Of a DNA stretch of 64,000 nucleotides, positions 1 to 10,508 are shown in pieces. Numbering within the stretch: position 1 is the stretch's first letter; each line of letters begins with the position of its first letter. The translations under genes were made by a program, and so were the position numbers. The stretch is from Aulosira sp. ZfuVER01 (GTDB lineage: Bacteria > Cyanobacteriota > Cyanobacteriia > Cyanobacteriales > Nostocaceae): the NCBI GenBank assembly GCA_034530615.2, contig JAVRCV020000036.1, positions 96,001 to 160,000 of the forward strand, written 5' to 3'. The notes under the pieces are model-generated. The model did not search any database. It was given only the letters and a program-made list of their open reading frames with translations, and was not told the origin of the DNA.

Positions 1-41
1 AGAAATAATGCGCCGGAGATGAGGGGTAGGCACTGCTTCAT
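1..41 (-). CDS. 5' end of the next siderophore-operon gene (partial, runs off the window); possibly an MFS exporter
   Basis: ATG at 41 overlaps the rhbE stop (ATGA) and reads MKQCLPLISGALF, which is hydrophobic. Identity is inferred from synteny only. Confidence 0.45.
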   Translation of the reverse strand, partial: MKQCLPLISGALF

Positions 42-1321
42 GCGACTACACCGAATTCCTGAAAGACGTTACGCTGTTGTACTGGATAAACGTTGCGTCC
101 TGTCAAAGAGTTAATAATTACAGAGTTGCGATAACAGCCTAATCCCAAATCTGGCGCACCAATACCGTGAGTATGTAATTCAGCGTTTTGGACAAAAATC
201 CGGTTGGGAATGTCTTGAGTGAGGGAGAGGTGATAGTCAAAATTTACCTTGTAACGCCCTTGTTCATCCCATTGCAGCAAATCGCGGATATCTGCCATAA
301 AATTAGGGATAGCTTGATGGTAGCCAGTCGCTAAGATAATGCGATCGCTTTGGTGAATAAATGGCTGATCCTGATGAGAATGGCGATAGGTAAGGCGATA
401 ACCGTTATCAGTGGGTTCTACTTCTTTAACTTCTACCCCAGACAGTAACCTGACATTGGGGTGATTATCGGCGACGGAACGCTCGTAGAGCAAGTCATAG
501 ATTTTGGCAATGGTGTTAAAACTAATTCCCTTGTACAGCAAACCTTGCTTAGTTAAGAGTTCGTTTCGCTGTTCTGGTCGCAGATTATAAAAATAATGGA
601 TGTAATCCGGTGAAAAATGTTCTAATCCCAATTTGGAATATTCCATTGGGAAAAAGCCAGCAGAACGGGTATGCCATTCGAGGCGATAACCATAGTTTTC
701 TTGTTCTTGCAGTAGTTCATAAAAAACTTCGGCTGCACTTTGTCCAGAACCAATAACTGTAATTGATTTTGACTGATGACATCTGGCTTTTTGGTGGAGA
801 AATTCTGCCGAGTGAAAGATATTTTCTGAGACTACATCGCGGAAACAAGGCGGTATGTAGGGAACAGTACCAACGCCTAAAACCAAATTGCGGCAACGGT
901 ATGTAAAATTAGTACCATCAACTATAAATTCATGAGCTTTTTCATCCCAAGAAATGCTTGTTACCTGTTGTCCAAAATAACAATTAGGTAATTGCTTTGC
1001 TACCCATTGGCAGTAATCATTGTATTCTCTTCTGGGAATATGAAACTCTTCCCAAAAGTAAAAATTATAGAGACGAGATTTAGCTTTGAGGTAACTAAGA
1101 AAGCTGAATTTACTAGTAGGTTCAGCCATCGTTACTAAGTCTGCCAAAAATGGTACTTGAATTGTCGCACCCTCAAGTAATAAGCCTGGATGCCATTGAA
1201 ATTGAGATTTTTGTTCTAGGAATAAAGACTTAATTTCTGTGATAGGTTCTAACAGTGCAGCTAAACCTAAATTAAAAGGGCCAAGACCAATACCAATTAG
1301 GTCATAAACACAATGGCTCAT
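38..1321 (-). CDS. rhbE: Lysine/ornithine-type N-monooxygenase (IucD/RhbE family), siderophore N-hydroxylase
   Basis: FAD motif GIGLGPFNLG, WHPGLLL, NADPH motif VIGSGQSAAE, LATGY and HTHG..PDLGLG. Start taken at ATG 1321 (MSHCVY). Confidence 0.92.
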   Translation of the reverse strand: MSHCVYDLIGIGLGPFNLGLAALLEPITEIKSLFLEQKSQFQWHPGLLLEGATIQVPFLADLVTMAEPTSKFSFLSYLKAKSRLYNFYFWEEFHIPRREYNDYCQWVAKQLPNCYFGQQVTSISWDEKAHEFIVDGTNFTYRCRNLVLGVGTVPYIPPCFRDVVSENIFHSAEFLHQKARCHQSKSITVIGSGQSAAEVFYELLQEQENYGYRLEWHTRSAGFFPMEYSKLGLEHFSPDYIHYFYNLRPEQRNELLTKQGLLYKGISFNTIAKIYDLLYERSVADNHPNVRLLSGVEVKEVEPTDNGYRLTYRHSHQDQPFIHQSDRIILATGYHQAIPNFMADIRDLLQWDEQGRYKVNFDYHLSLTQDIPNRIFVQNAELHTHGIGAPDLGLGCYRNSVIINSLTGRNVYPVQQRNVFQEFGVVA

Positions 1322-1326
1322 GCTTT

Positions 1327-3789
1327 CTACCTCTGCATAAATAACTGGCGAGCACAAAACATCAACGCCCCACATTTATCCGGTAAGTCAATCTCTTTTT
1401 GAAATTTAAAACCGCACTTTTCAAAAACATGAATCATTTTTTTGTTACGAATATCTGGTTCGGCAATAATCTTTTGAGTTGCAGCATTTTGAAACTGAAA
1501 AAACGTCATTGCCCGTAACAAAGGCAAAGCATAACCCTTACCTAAAAATGCTGGCTCTCCAATTAACAAATGAATCCCTTGATCCGTAGATTCTGCTGGG
1601 TAATGTCGAGCGACAATATCATCAATTGTCCAGTAAGATTCCCAATAACTCATCGGTTGATTATCTAAACAGCCAATATAAAGAGTTTGATGCTTATCTG
1701 CCAAAGCTCTTTGTAAATGCTCCCGCATCCGTTCCAAATCAAACGCTAAATTCCAAAAAGGAATTACATGAGGCTGATTCATCCAATTATGAATTAGATG
1801 TAAATCATCCTCCAAAACCACCCGACGAAAAGCAATAGTTTTATTGATGGCAGAATCAAACCTTTCGTAACTGTAACTCAGCGTACTAACTGACATAAAC
1901 TTCTGTCTCAAATAACTCTCATCAACTCTCTGCGTTACTTTGCGTGAACCTCCGCGCCCCTTTGCGTTGATATACAAAGGATTATCAACAGCAACATAAA
2001 CAGACTGTGTAGAAACAGGCCCCACCAATTCATCCATATTATGAAAGCGGGTGAGTAGATTAGCCTTACAACGCAATTGTGGTTGAGAAAGCAGATTTTT
2101 GACTAAAGAATGTTCAGAGTATTTGCTTAAAGTGTTACGCAGTTCTATTAATAGTAATTCCTCATCTACAAGCCCAGCGACACCGAAAGCATTAATTAAC
2201 CCAAACAAGTTGTTAAAAAATAAGTAGTAAGTGAGCCGTTCATCAATCACATCATCATCACAAATTGTCTCACTTTTTTGGCTGATTCCTGGCAGGATAT
2301 TATCTAACAATTCATGGCAAGAACGACGATAATAATATCCTTGGTTATCCCGATAAAGAAATTTATCAGGATAGCCATCTTTTAACTGCACAACACTATT
2401 CTGTTGATGAGATTCCAGCCCTATACCGTAAGTAAAATATAACCAGAGAATTGGCTCTAAATAAATTTCTAGATAACGGTTGAACCAATCCAAACTCACT
2501 GCAGCAGTTGAACGATTTTCTTTTTGTGCTAGTTCCTGAATAATCTGTGATAATCGTGAGCCATTCCCCAAAATTGAATCCTGACACAAAGCTACTACAC
2601 AAGTCGCATCTGTCTGCGGATTATTTAAAAACGGATTTTCTCTAAGAATTGTGGAGAAGCCATCAACAGGTACACCATCAATTTTTAAGGTAATATAGGC
2701 GGGGTCAGTAATGATTTGAAAATTGGGGAAATGCTGATATAGTTGTTGCCCAATTTCACCTGCTAAAATTTGATGTACTTCTAAACTCCGTTCCAACTCT
2801 TTATATAAATTAGTGCGAACAGAATTAGTAATTTTGACATTCAGCGACAATTTTAGCATAAATGTCGCTTCTGAATGATATACAGTACGAATTGAAGATG
2901 TAGGTTGATAAGCACGACCTATCAAACCTAAATCTTGCAGCATTCCTTGCTGAATTAATTGCTGAATTTGTGGCTGCTGAAGTAAATACTTTGCTTGCCA
3001 GGGATGTATTGGTAACAGGGAATATTCATCTTCACTACAGTAAGTATTTTTGAAGTCATGGTCAACATGAGAGTCAGCAATGAGTTCTGATTTAATCAGC
3101 TTTGTTGCTGTTTGTGATAGCTGCGAATCTTCCACCACTATCGACTGATGAGTGCGGAAGTAATGCAGAGGAAAACTACCTTTTAACTCTGGCGAATAAG
3201 TTGACAATTCATAGTCAGCAAAACCTTGACGGCTTTTGGCTGTGGGGTGTAAATGATGCCCAAAAACTAAAGCTTGTTCAGCAGTAATAAAATTACTCTT
3301 AAAAGCGTAAAGTTCCTCTGTATCTATCCGTCGTTGTTGAATAAATTTTTCGATGTAATTGCAGCTTTGAATTACTCGCAAAATAAGTTCATCTTGATGG
3401 CTATTGCTACCACTGGCTAAAGCTAATTCCTTAGTGATGAGTGTTGCTAGAGTGAGGTAATCTAGTTCGAGTAAATTGCCTTTATCTACTTGATAATAAA
3501 TAGGAAAAGCGAATAAATGTCTACCTGTAGATGAGTAATATCGCAAACCAATTAATAGCCTAAGATTTTGATGCTTTAACTGACAGCAGATGAGCGATTT
3601 TGTGTTGGTGTTACTAAAAACTTCTACAATATCTAACTCTTTTATGGTGGTGGTGATGAGTTCACCCGTGTTTGTTTCTCGTAGATAGCAATTGAGAAAG
3701 CTGTGAATGGTGGCTTGTTCTGCAATTTGTTTGTCAGTGCGATGTTGCGCCAAAACTGAGGTTGGTTTGGCGATTGTATGTGGTGTCAT
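1327..3789 (-). CDS. NIS siderophore synthetase (IucA/RhbC) fused to an N-acetyltransferase (IucB/RhbD-like GNAT)
   Basis: GHHLHPTAKSRQG, PIHPWQ, TSSIRTV, KLSLNVKITNSVR and ESHQQN motifs. C-terminal GNAT with WMNQPHV, GIHLLIGE and EPDIRN. Likely start is ATG 3789. Confidence 0.9.
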   Translation of the reverse strand: MTPHTIAKPTSVLAQHRTDKQIAEQATIHSFLNCYLRETNTGELITTTIKELDIVEVFSNTNTKSLICCQLKHQNLRLLIGLRYYSSTGRHLFAFPIYYQVDKGNLLELDYLTLATLITKELALASGSNSHQDELILRVIQSCNYIEKFIQQRRIDTEELYAFKSNFITAEQALVFGHHLHPTAKSRQGFADYELSTYSPELKGSFPLHYFRTHQSIVVEDSQLSQTATKLIKSELIADSHVDHDFKNTYCSEDEYSLLPIHPWQAKYLLQQPQIQQLIQQGMLQDLGLIGRAYQPTSSIRTVYHSEATFMLKLSLNVKITNSVRTNLYKELERSLEVHQILAGEIGQQLYQHFPNFQIITDPAYITLKIDGVPVDGFSTILRENPFLNNPQTDATCVVALCQDSILGNGSRLSQIIQELAQKENRSTAAVSLDWFNRYLEIYLEPILWLYFTYGIGLESHQQNSVVQLKDGYPDKFLYRDNQGYYYRRSCHELLDNILPGISQKSETICDDDVIDERLTYYLFFNNLFGLINAFGVAGLVDEELLLIELRNTLSKYSEHSLVKNLLSQPQLRCKANLLTRFHNMDELVGPVSTQSVYVAVDNPLYINAKGRGGSRKVTQRVDESYLRQKFMSVSTLSYSYERFDSAINKTIAFRRVVLEDDLHLIHNWMNQPHVIPFWNLAFDLERMREHLQRALADKHQTLYIGCLDNQPMSYWESYWTIDDIVARHYPAESTDQGIHLLIGEPAFLGKGYALPLLRAMTFFQFQNAATQKIIAEPDIRNKKMIHVFEKCGFKFQKEIDLPDKCGALMFCARQLFMQR

Positions 3790-3886
3790 GTCTAGTGTAT
3801 TGTTTGAGTGAAACTTATTTGATGTCGGGAGTGAGGGGAAGTTTTCGTTCTCCCTCTCTCCTATTTTTTGGCTCACGCAGAGACGC

Positions 3887-3977
3887 TATATCAATTCAAA
3901 ATTCAAAATTCAAAATTAAGAAAACCAGATACTACAAGGGTCTATATCTGTTGCTGAATTTTGGAGAATTGGTATTA
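3887..3977. mobile_element. MITE-like element with TA(T/C)CAATT...AATTGGTA ends and internal TTCAAAA heptamers
   Basis: Terminal inverted repeats. Related copies at 21221, 43431, 56413 and 61455, the last inverted and sharing CCAAAATTCAGCAACAGAT. Confidence 0.65.
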
Positions 3978-3982
3978 GAAGC

Positions 3983-5527
3983 CTAAAATCTTTCCTTACT
4001 CTCCTCTGCATGAAATAAATACTTCTCGCCTATCGTTGTAATAGCATTGAGAACTTCCTGAATATCCGCGATCGCAGTCTGAGGATTCAGCAAGGTAAAC
4101 TTCAGGTAGGTAAGTTGACCAATTTTTGTCTGTGCTATGACTGCAATCCCTTGCTGTAGTAAACTCATGCGAATGTGGCTATTGATTTGATTTGCCCAAG
4201 CTGTACTATCTATATGTGCTGGTGTTTGACTAGGAAGATAGCGAAAGACTACGGCGTTAATGGTGGGATAGTTTGCTAATTCTAATGCAGGTTCAGCCTT
4301 GATTAAACTGGCGGTTTCCTGAGCTAGTTCAATCGTAGTATCAATCATCTGTGCAAATTGTTTTTTCCCTAGAGTGCGGAGAGAGACAAACAATTTCAGC
4401 GCGTCGAATCGCTTAGTGGTTTGCACTGACTTAGTTACTAAATCGGGAATGCTAGCTGTTTCGTTGGTTTCAGGGTTGAGATAATCGGCGTGTAGCTTGA
4501 TTAAATCAAAGTGCTGACGCTGTTTAACTAAAAAAGCACCGCAGCTAATTGGCTGGTAAAACAGTTTATGGAAATCTACTGTGATAGAGTCAGCCAACGC
4601 AATCCCATCTAGTTTATCTCGATGGCGATCGCTGATTACCAATGCTCCACCAAAGGCCGCATCAACGTGCAGCCACAACCCATATTTCTCAGCACAGGCG
4701 GCTAATTCTGGTAGTGGGTCAATACTACCAAAATCTGTAGTACCTACAGTCGCCACTAAGGCAATTGGTAATAAATCCTGTCGCTGCAATTCTTCTAACT
4801 TCTGTTCTAACGCCGCCGAAGAAAGACGATAATCGCTATCAGTCTTCACTGTCACCACCGCTTGCTGTCCTAACCCTAATAAAGAAGCCGCTTGGCTAAT
4901 GGTGAAATGTGCAGCTTGAGAACAGAGGATACGAAAACGCTTGGCTTCTGGCGGTAATCCTTGCTGTTGCACAGACCAGTTTAACTGATAACGTGCATAA
5001 GCATCCCGCGCTAACAGCAATCCCATAAAATTCGATTGCGTACCGCCACTGGTAAAGATACCATCAGCATCAGCATCATAACCAAAACTTTCACACAGCC
5101 AATTTACCACCTGCTGTTCCAATACAGTCGCAGCCGGACTTTGATCCCAAGAATCCAGAGATTGATTAGTCCCACTAATCAACACCTCAGCCGCTAAAGC
5201 TGGTAATAACGGCGGACAATGCAAGTGAGCGATACAAGTAGGATGAGTCACCACCACCGAATGCTTGATGATACTCTCCCCCACCTCCGCCAAAACTTGA
5301 TTCAAAGCCACACCATCATCAGGACACACAGAAATCTCTGCAATAGTCCTAGTTAATTCCTGCGGACTCCTACCACTATAAGGCTTCTCTTGCGTAGCAA
5401 AACAATCAATCAATACGTCTTGAGCAGATGCGATCGCCTCTCGAAACAAACCCTTTTCATCAACAAAAAATTCAGCGAACTCTCTTGTTTGTACATCTGC
5501 TCCTTTGCGCGAAATCATAACCATCAA
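3983..5527 (-). CDS. rhbB: PLP-dependent L-2,4-diaminobutyrate decarboxylase
   Basis: Group II decarboxylase motifs AHLHCP, FTSGGTQSN, WLHVDAAFGG and DSITVDFHK. Operon context agrees. Confidence 0.9.
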   Translation of the reverse strand: MMVMISRKGADVQTREFAEFFVDEKGLFREAIASAQDVLIDCFATQEKPYSGRSPQELTRTIAEISVCPDDGVALNQVLAEVGESIIKHSVVVTHPTCIAHLHCPPLLPALAAEVLISGTNQSLDSWDQSPAATVLEQQVVNWLCESFGYDADADGIFTSGGTQSNFMGLLLARDAYARYQLNWSVQQQGLPPEAKRFRILCSQAAHFTISQAASLLGLGQQAVVTVKTDSDYRLSSAALEQKLEELQRQDLLPIALVATVGTTDFGSIDPLPELAACAEKYGLWLHVDAAFGGALVISDRHRDKLDGIALADSITVDFHKLFYQPISCGAFLVKQRQHFDLIKLHADYLNPETNETASIPDLVTKSVQTTKRFDALKLFVSLRTLGKKQFAQMIDTTIELAQETASLIKAEPALELANYPTINAVVFRYLPSQTPAHIDSTAWANQINSHIRMSLLQQGIAVIAQTKIGQLTYLKFTLLNPQTAIADIQEVLNAITTIGEKYLFHAEESKERF

Positions 5528-7005
5528 GACACCTGCGAAAGAACTGGCAAAATCTGCTGCTCCGCCGTCTGTACCGCAGCTGCAAAAATCTCACTAATAC
5601 TATCAATCTGCGCCGCAGTCACAATCAAAGGTGGTAAAAAGCGCACCACGCTACCAAATCTACCCCCCAATTCCACAATCAAACCCCGCCGCAAACACTC
5701 AGCTTGAATACAACTAGCCAACTGCGGATGTACGGGATACTTCCCACGCCGATCCGCCGATGCTTGGGGATTAATTATCTCCACACCTACCATCAAACCG
5801 CGTCCTCGTACTTCCCCAATACAGTAAGTTTCGCTTTGAATTTGACGCATGTGTTTTACCAAGCGATCGCCCATCGCCGCCGCGTGTTCAGTCAAGGAAT
5901 TTTCCAGAATATACTGTAGTGTCGCCGTTCCCGCCGCCATCGCCATTTGATTACCCCGGAATGTCCCCGCGTGTGCGCCTGGATTCCATTTATCTAGTTC
6001 TTTGTTGTATAAAACCACCGATAAAGGTAAACTTCCACCAATCGCTTTGGATAGTAACAATACATCTGGCACAATTCCCGAATGCTCGAAAGCGTAGAGT
6101 TTGCCAGTCCGTCCTAACCCTGTTTGAATCTCATCAACAATTAAGGGAATATGGCGATCGCGAGTAATCCGCCGCATCTCCCGCAACCAATCATCAGGCG
6201 CAGGAATTACCCCACCTTCCCCTTGTACAACTTCCAAAATCATCGCCGCCGGTGTCACAATCCCACTTTCAGGATCGTCCAAAATCGATTCTATATAACG
6301 GCTACTAGTGCGGTGTCCAGCTTCTCCACCCAAACCAAAAGGACAACGATAGTGATAGGGATAGGGTAAAAAGTGGACATCTGGCATTAACCCTGTCACC
6401 GCTTGTTTTGGATTGAGATTCCCGGTTAAACTCAATGCACCATGCGTCATGCCATGATAACCACCATGAAATGACAACACGCTACGTTTACCAGTGGCAG
6501 TTTTCACCAGCTTAATCGCCGCTTCTACTGCATCTGCTCCCGAAGGTCCACAAAACTGAATCTTGGCATTTTCCGCAAATTCCGCAGGTAAACTAGCAAA
6601 AAGTTCTTCAACAAACCTATCTTTAACTGGAGTAGTCAAATCTAGAGTATGCAAAGGTAAACCTGTATCTAGCACCTTTCGCATCGCTGCGATCGCGACT
6701 GGGTGATTGTGTCCTAATGCTAAAGTGCCTGCACCAGCCAAACAATCAAAATACACATTCCCATCTGCATCTTTGATGTAAATCCCCTGAGCCTCGCTAA
6801 TTGCAATCCGAATCCGTCGGGGATAGCTTCTAGCATTTGATTCTCGTGCTTGCTGACGTTCTAGATATTGACTTGATGCCGGGCCAGGTACGGAAAGCAC
6901 GCGACTACCAGCAAAATCAGACTCTATACTACTCTGCGATGGAGATATCTGCGGCAATACTAAAGAATAGCCTTCAGAATGCTGGCCATTTTGATTGAGT
7001 TGCAT
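5524..7005 (-). CDS. rhbA: Diaminobutyrate-2-oxoglutarate transaminase
   Basis: ESNARSYPRR, GAGTLALGHNHP, DEIQTG, SKAIGG and HAGTFRGNQ (class III aminotransferase). ATGA overlap with rhbB. Confidence 0.92.
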   Translation of the reverse strand: MQLNQNGQHSEGYSLVLPQISPSQSSIESDFAGSRVLSVPGPASSQYLERQQARESNARSYPRRIRIAISEAQGIYIKDADGNVYFDCLAGAGTLALGHNHPVAIAAMRKVLDTGLPLHTLDLTTPVKDRFVEELFASLPAEFAENAKIQFCGPSGADAVEAAIKLVKTATGKRSVLSFHGGYHGMTHGALSLTGNLNPKQAVTGLMPDVHFLPYPYHYRCPFGLGGEAGHRTSSRYIESILDDPESGIVTPAAMILEVVQGEGGVIPAPDDWLREMRRITRDRHIPLIVDEIQTGLGRTGKLYAFEHSGIVPDVLLLSKAIGGSLPLSVVLYNKELDKWNPGAHAGTFRGNQMAMAAGTATLQYILENSLTEHAAAMGDRLVKHMRQIQSETYCIGEVRGRGLMVGVEIINPQASADRRGKYPVHPQLASCIQAECLRRGLIVELGGRFGSVVRFLPPLIVTAAQIDSISEIFAAAVQTAEQQILPVLSQVS

Positions 7006-7057
7006 TTTGAAAATCCTCTAGGCTTTAGGCCTTAATGGCAGGTGGGAACGATTTTCT

Positions 7058-7072
7058 TGATAATTATTTTCA
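7058..7072. promoter_or_regulatory. Fur box upstream of rhbA
   Basis: TGATAATTATTTTCA is one mismatch from the 7-1-7 TGATAAT-N-ATTATCA, about 50 bp upstream of the operon. Confidence 0.7.
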
Positions 7073-7510
7073 TTTACTTCCTACCTGTTAAAGATAATAT
7101 ATGAAATCTAATGAAAAAGTCTACTAATAAGCAGCTAAAAAATTCAGAAATTAACACGCTAAGGTGAAGCAGTAGGAATTGCAATAGGTTGAGCTAGTTT
7201 AATGGCAAGTTCTCATGGTCTTTTAGCCAAACGCCGTTGATTTCTTATGGATGTGGAATTCTCTTCTGTCTTCTGACTTCTGAACAAATTTGTATTTATT
7301 AAGTTTGCTTATAGAAATCTTGTTGTCCCATCACTTACATGAAACTTAAACTTGATTACTGCTTATAAGCCCAGAAATCCAATTTTGATGCTAAATATAA
7401 CCAATAAGAATTAGTGACACTAGTTCAAACTCCATTTAATTCTCTCTATCCCTTGTAGAGAAAGCTTTATCACCGTTTATCTCATACTCCTTTTAGCAGC
7501 AAAGTCAGAT

Positions 7511-7604
7511 TTTATTGACACTATTATTCAATAAACTACTTGTGTAAATCCTGAAATAGAGATATTTTGGTAAAACTAAGAACTATTGCGAATATAAATC
7601 AATA
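7511..7604. promoter_or_regulatory. Two Fur-like inverted repeats upstream of the TonB receptor
   Basis: TTTATTGA-N9-TCAATAAA (7511-7535) and TATTGC-N9-TCAATA (7584-7604), with the same spacing. Confidence 0.6.
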
Positions 7605-7657
7605 ATTATCTGCGATGGATTATCTCACATAATCCAGTCGCAACTTTTAGGTGTGAA

Positions 7658-10291
7658 GTGAAAATGAAACCCGGAAAAATCCTTTTTCTTCTCTTGCTCA
7701 CAGGCTCTGTTTGGTCATTAATCAATCATCCTGGCAAAAGTCAGGAAGCAGCATTATCAAAATCTTTTTCTCAAGCTGACTTACTGACACAATCACCAGC
7801 ACCTAACTCTGGGAAATTGATTCAAGTCACTGGTGTGAAGGTTGTTCCCACAGATAAAGGTCTAGAGGTGATCTTAGAAAGCACCGCCGCCGAACAATTG
7901 CAGGTAGCAACCCAAAATCAAGGCAATAGTTTGATTGCTAATATCACTAACGCTCAACTCAATTTGGCTCAGGGAAATACATTCCGCCAAGACAACCCAG
8001 CTAAAGGTGTAACGACTGTCACCATCGTTAATCAAAATGACAATACTATCCAGGTGACAGTAACAGGCGAGCAAAGCCTGCCTAAAGTTAAGCTATTTGA
8101 TAGCGATACCGGTTTAATTTTGTCCTTCACATCTACAGAAGTAGCGGTTGATTCTCCAGCACAACCAGAAACATCACAGGAGGAGAAGCCGCAAACCCAA
8201 ACGCAATCAGAACAACCATCGGCGGAAGCTGAAGAACCTATTGAACTGGTGGTGACAGCCACTCGTACAGAAACACCGTTACAAAATGTCCCACGTTCAA
8301 TTACGGTGATTAACCGCGAACAAATTGGGAAACAAGCCAGCACTTCCCGAAACCTGATAGAAATTTTAGGTAAAACAACTCCTGGTTTAGCACCGCCAGC
8401 ACAAGGATCTAGTAATTTTGGACTAACACTACGAGGAAGAAATCCTCAAGTATTGATTGATGGCGTTCCCCAATCGACAACGCGGAATGCAGCGCGTGAT
8501 TTGAGAACCGTTGATTCGGCGGCGATTGAACGAATTGAAGTAGTGCGCGGCCCTAGCGCAATTTATGGTGATGGTGCAACAGGCGGTGTAATTAATATCA
8601 TCACACGACGACCAACTGAAGAAGGTTTGACTTCACGCACAGAACTGGGTGTGAGTGCAGCTTTAGGTAATCTTGAAGAGGAAAGCTTTAGTATCAACCT
8701 CCAACATTTTCTCTCGGCTAGACAGGGTAACGCTGATTTTACCTTTAGCTTTGGAGTGGCTAAAAATGGCGGCTTCTTTGATGCCCAAGGCGATCGCATT
8801 CCCTCCGATCCGAACGCTCAAGGAGGCTTTTCCGATGCTTCTAGTTTGAGCTTATTTGGTAAGTTTGGTGTTGATATCGGTACAAATCAACGTCTACAAC
8901 TAACTTTTAATCGCTTCGACGAGAAACAAGATACAGATATTGCGAGTGACCCTAGCGTCAATACTATCCCTGGTAGACAAAAGGCTCGTGCGTTGGAGGG
9001 ATTGATTTTGGATGAAAAACCAGGAAATGAAAACACATTCATCAACTTGCAATACACCCATGACAACTTATTCAACAGCAAAGTCCAAGCACAGGTATAT
9101 TACCGAGATTATCTGACACGCTTCTTTCCCTTTGATGGTCGTAACTTTGCCAGTTTAGGTAACGAACTGATTCAATCACGGGTGGAATCAGAAAAGTATG
9201 GTGGACGCTTACAGATAGAAACACCTTTATTTAACCAAGGTGCAGCCAAACTGCTGTGGGGCGTAGATTACTCCAAAGAGGATACATCCCAACCTGTTTC
9301 TGTATTTGATAAAACTGCATTTGCTGCTAGTGGAGGATTAGCATTTCGGAAAACAGGCGATCGCTCTTGGACTCCTCCTCTAGAATTAAGGAGTCTGGGA
9401 TTATTCGCTCAATTAAATTGGGAAATAGGCGATCGCTTCGTATTAAATGGTGGTGTCCGCTACGAAAATGCTGATGTTAGTGTTGATGATTTCAGCACCT
9501 TAGCCAATTCCAACGCGATCGTTCCCGGTGGTGATTTAAACTTTGATGCGACCCTTTTCAATGTGGGAGCAGTATACGCCATCAATCCTCAACTTAGTGT
9601 GTTTGCTAACTATGCTCAAGGTTTCTCACTATCAGATATTGGTTTAGCACTCCGTAACGCCCCACCAGGCTTTTCTGTAGAGAGTCTGAGACCAGAACCA
9701 CAAAAAGTAGATAACTATGAAATTGGTATTCGCGGACAGTGGGATACTGTACAAGCCTCTCTCTCTGCTTTTTATAATGAGTCTGACTTAGGTACAACCT
9801 TCACCGCACCGGGGACTGTAATTCGCGCCCCAGAACGCATCTATGGTTTAGAAGCAGCTATTGACGCACAACCTAGTTCTACATGGCAAGTTGGCGGGAC
9901 ATTTACTCTAATTGGTGGTGAAATTGACACTAATAATGATAGTGAATACGAACCTTTAGATGGGTTTAGGATTCCTCCATTAAAAATTACCGCCTATGTA
10001 GAGAATGAGACGTTTCCTGGTTGGCGAAATCGTCTACAAGCTATGTTTTCTGGTAATCGAGAAGTTTTTGCTAATAACACTACTGCCTTTGGTAGAAGGC
10101 CTGTAGAGAGTTACTTTACAGTAGATTACATTAGTAGTCTAAAAATCGGTGCAGGCACATTACAAATAGGATTGGAAAACTTATTTAATACTCAATATTT
10201 CCCTGTAGTTTCGCAATTACAGGCTAATGATAGTGCTTATGCTGCGGCGAGAGGTAGGACTCTTAGTATTAAGTATTCTATTGATTGGTAG
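7658..10291 (+). CDS. schT: TonB-dependent siderophore receptor with N-terminal AMIN domain (SchT/IutA-like)
   Basis: Signal peptide, AMIN-like region, ELVVTATR, VLIDGVP, IERIEVVRGPSAIYG and terminal W. Divergent from the rhb operon. Confidence 0.85.
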   Translation: MKMKPGKILFLLLLTGSVWSLINHPGKSQEAALSKSFSQADLLTQSPAPNSGKLIQVTGVKVVPTDKGLEVILESTAAEQLQVATQNQGNSLIANITNAQLNLAQGNTFRQDNPAKGVTTVTIVNQNDNTIQVTVTGEQSLPKVKLFDSDTGLILSFTSTEVAVDSPAQPETSQEEKPQTQTQSEQPSAEAEEPIELVVTATRTETPLQNVPRSITVINREQIGKQASTSRNLIEILGKTTPGLAPPAQGSSNFGLTLRGRNPQVLIDGVPQSTTRNAARDLRTVDSAAIERIEVVRGPSAIYGDGATGGVINIITRRPTEEGLTSRTELGVSAALGNLEEESFSINLQHFLSARQGNADFTFSFGVAKNGGFFDAQGDRIPSDPNAQGGFSDASSLSLFGKFGVDIGTNQRLQLTFNRFDEKQDTDIASDPSVNTIPGRQKARALEGLILDEKPGNENTFINLQYTHDNLFNSKVQAQVYYRDYLTRFFPFDGRNFASLGNELIQSRVESEKYGGRLQIETPLFNQGAAKLLWGVDYSKEDTSQPVSVFDKTAFAASGGLAFRKTGDRSWTPPLELRSLGLFAQLNWEIGDRFVLNGGVRYENADVSVDDFSTLANSNAIVPGGDLNFDATLFNVGAVYAINPQLSVFANYAQGFSLSDIGLALRNAPPGFSVESLRPEPQKVDNYEIGIRGQWDTVQASLSAFYNESDLGTTFTAPGTVIRAPERIYGLEAAIDAQPSSTWQVGGTFTLIGGEIDTNNDSEYEPLDGFRIPPLKITAYVENETFPGWRNRLQAMFSGNREVFANNTTAFGRRPVESYFTVDYISSLKIGAGTLQIGLENLFNTQYFPVVSQLQANDSAYAAARGRTLSIKYSIDW

Positions 10292-10508
10292 GATTGTGAT
10301 TTGGAACATAACAACCAAACCCCCAACCTGTTCCCTACGAGGAACTACGTTGTACACCGTAGGCTTCCTAAGTAGGAGAAGGGTTAGGGGATAAGAACAA
10401 TTCTGCTAAACTTCTTTGCTGACTATGTGCGCCCAGTAGAATCAGCTTCAGAATTGGGGTTGGACTATTTCAACCATCTGTTATGGAACTGAAATCTTTC
10501 TATCAGAT

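Noticed and set aside
3790..3986. N-terminal extension of the synthetase and ORF 3762-3986
   Set aside because: Derived from intergenic repeats and the MITE. ATG 3789 is the more plausible start.
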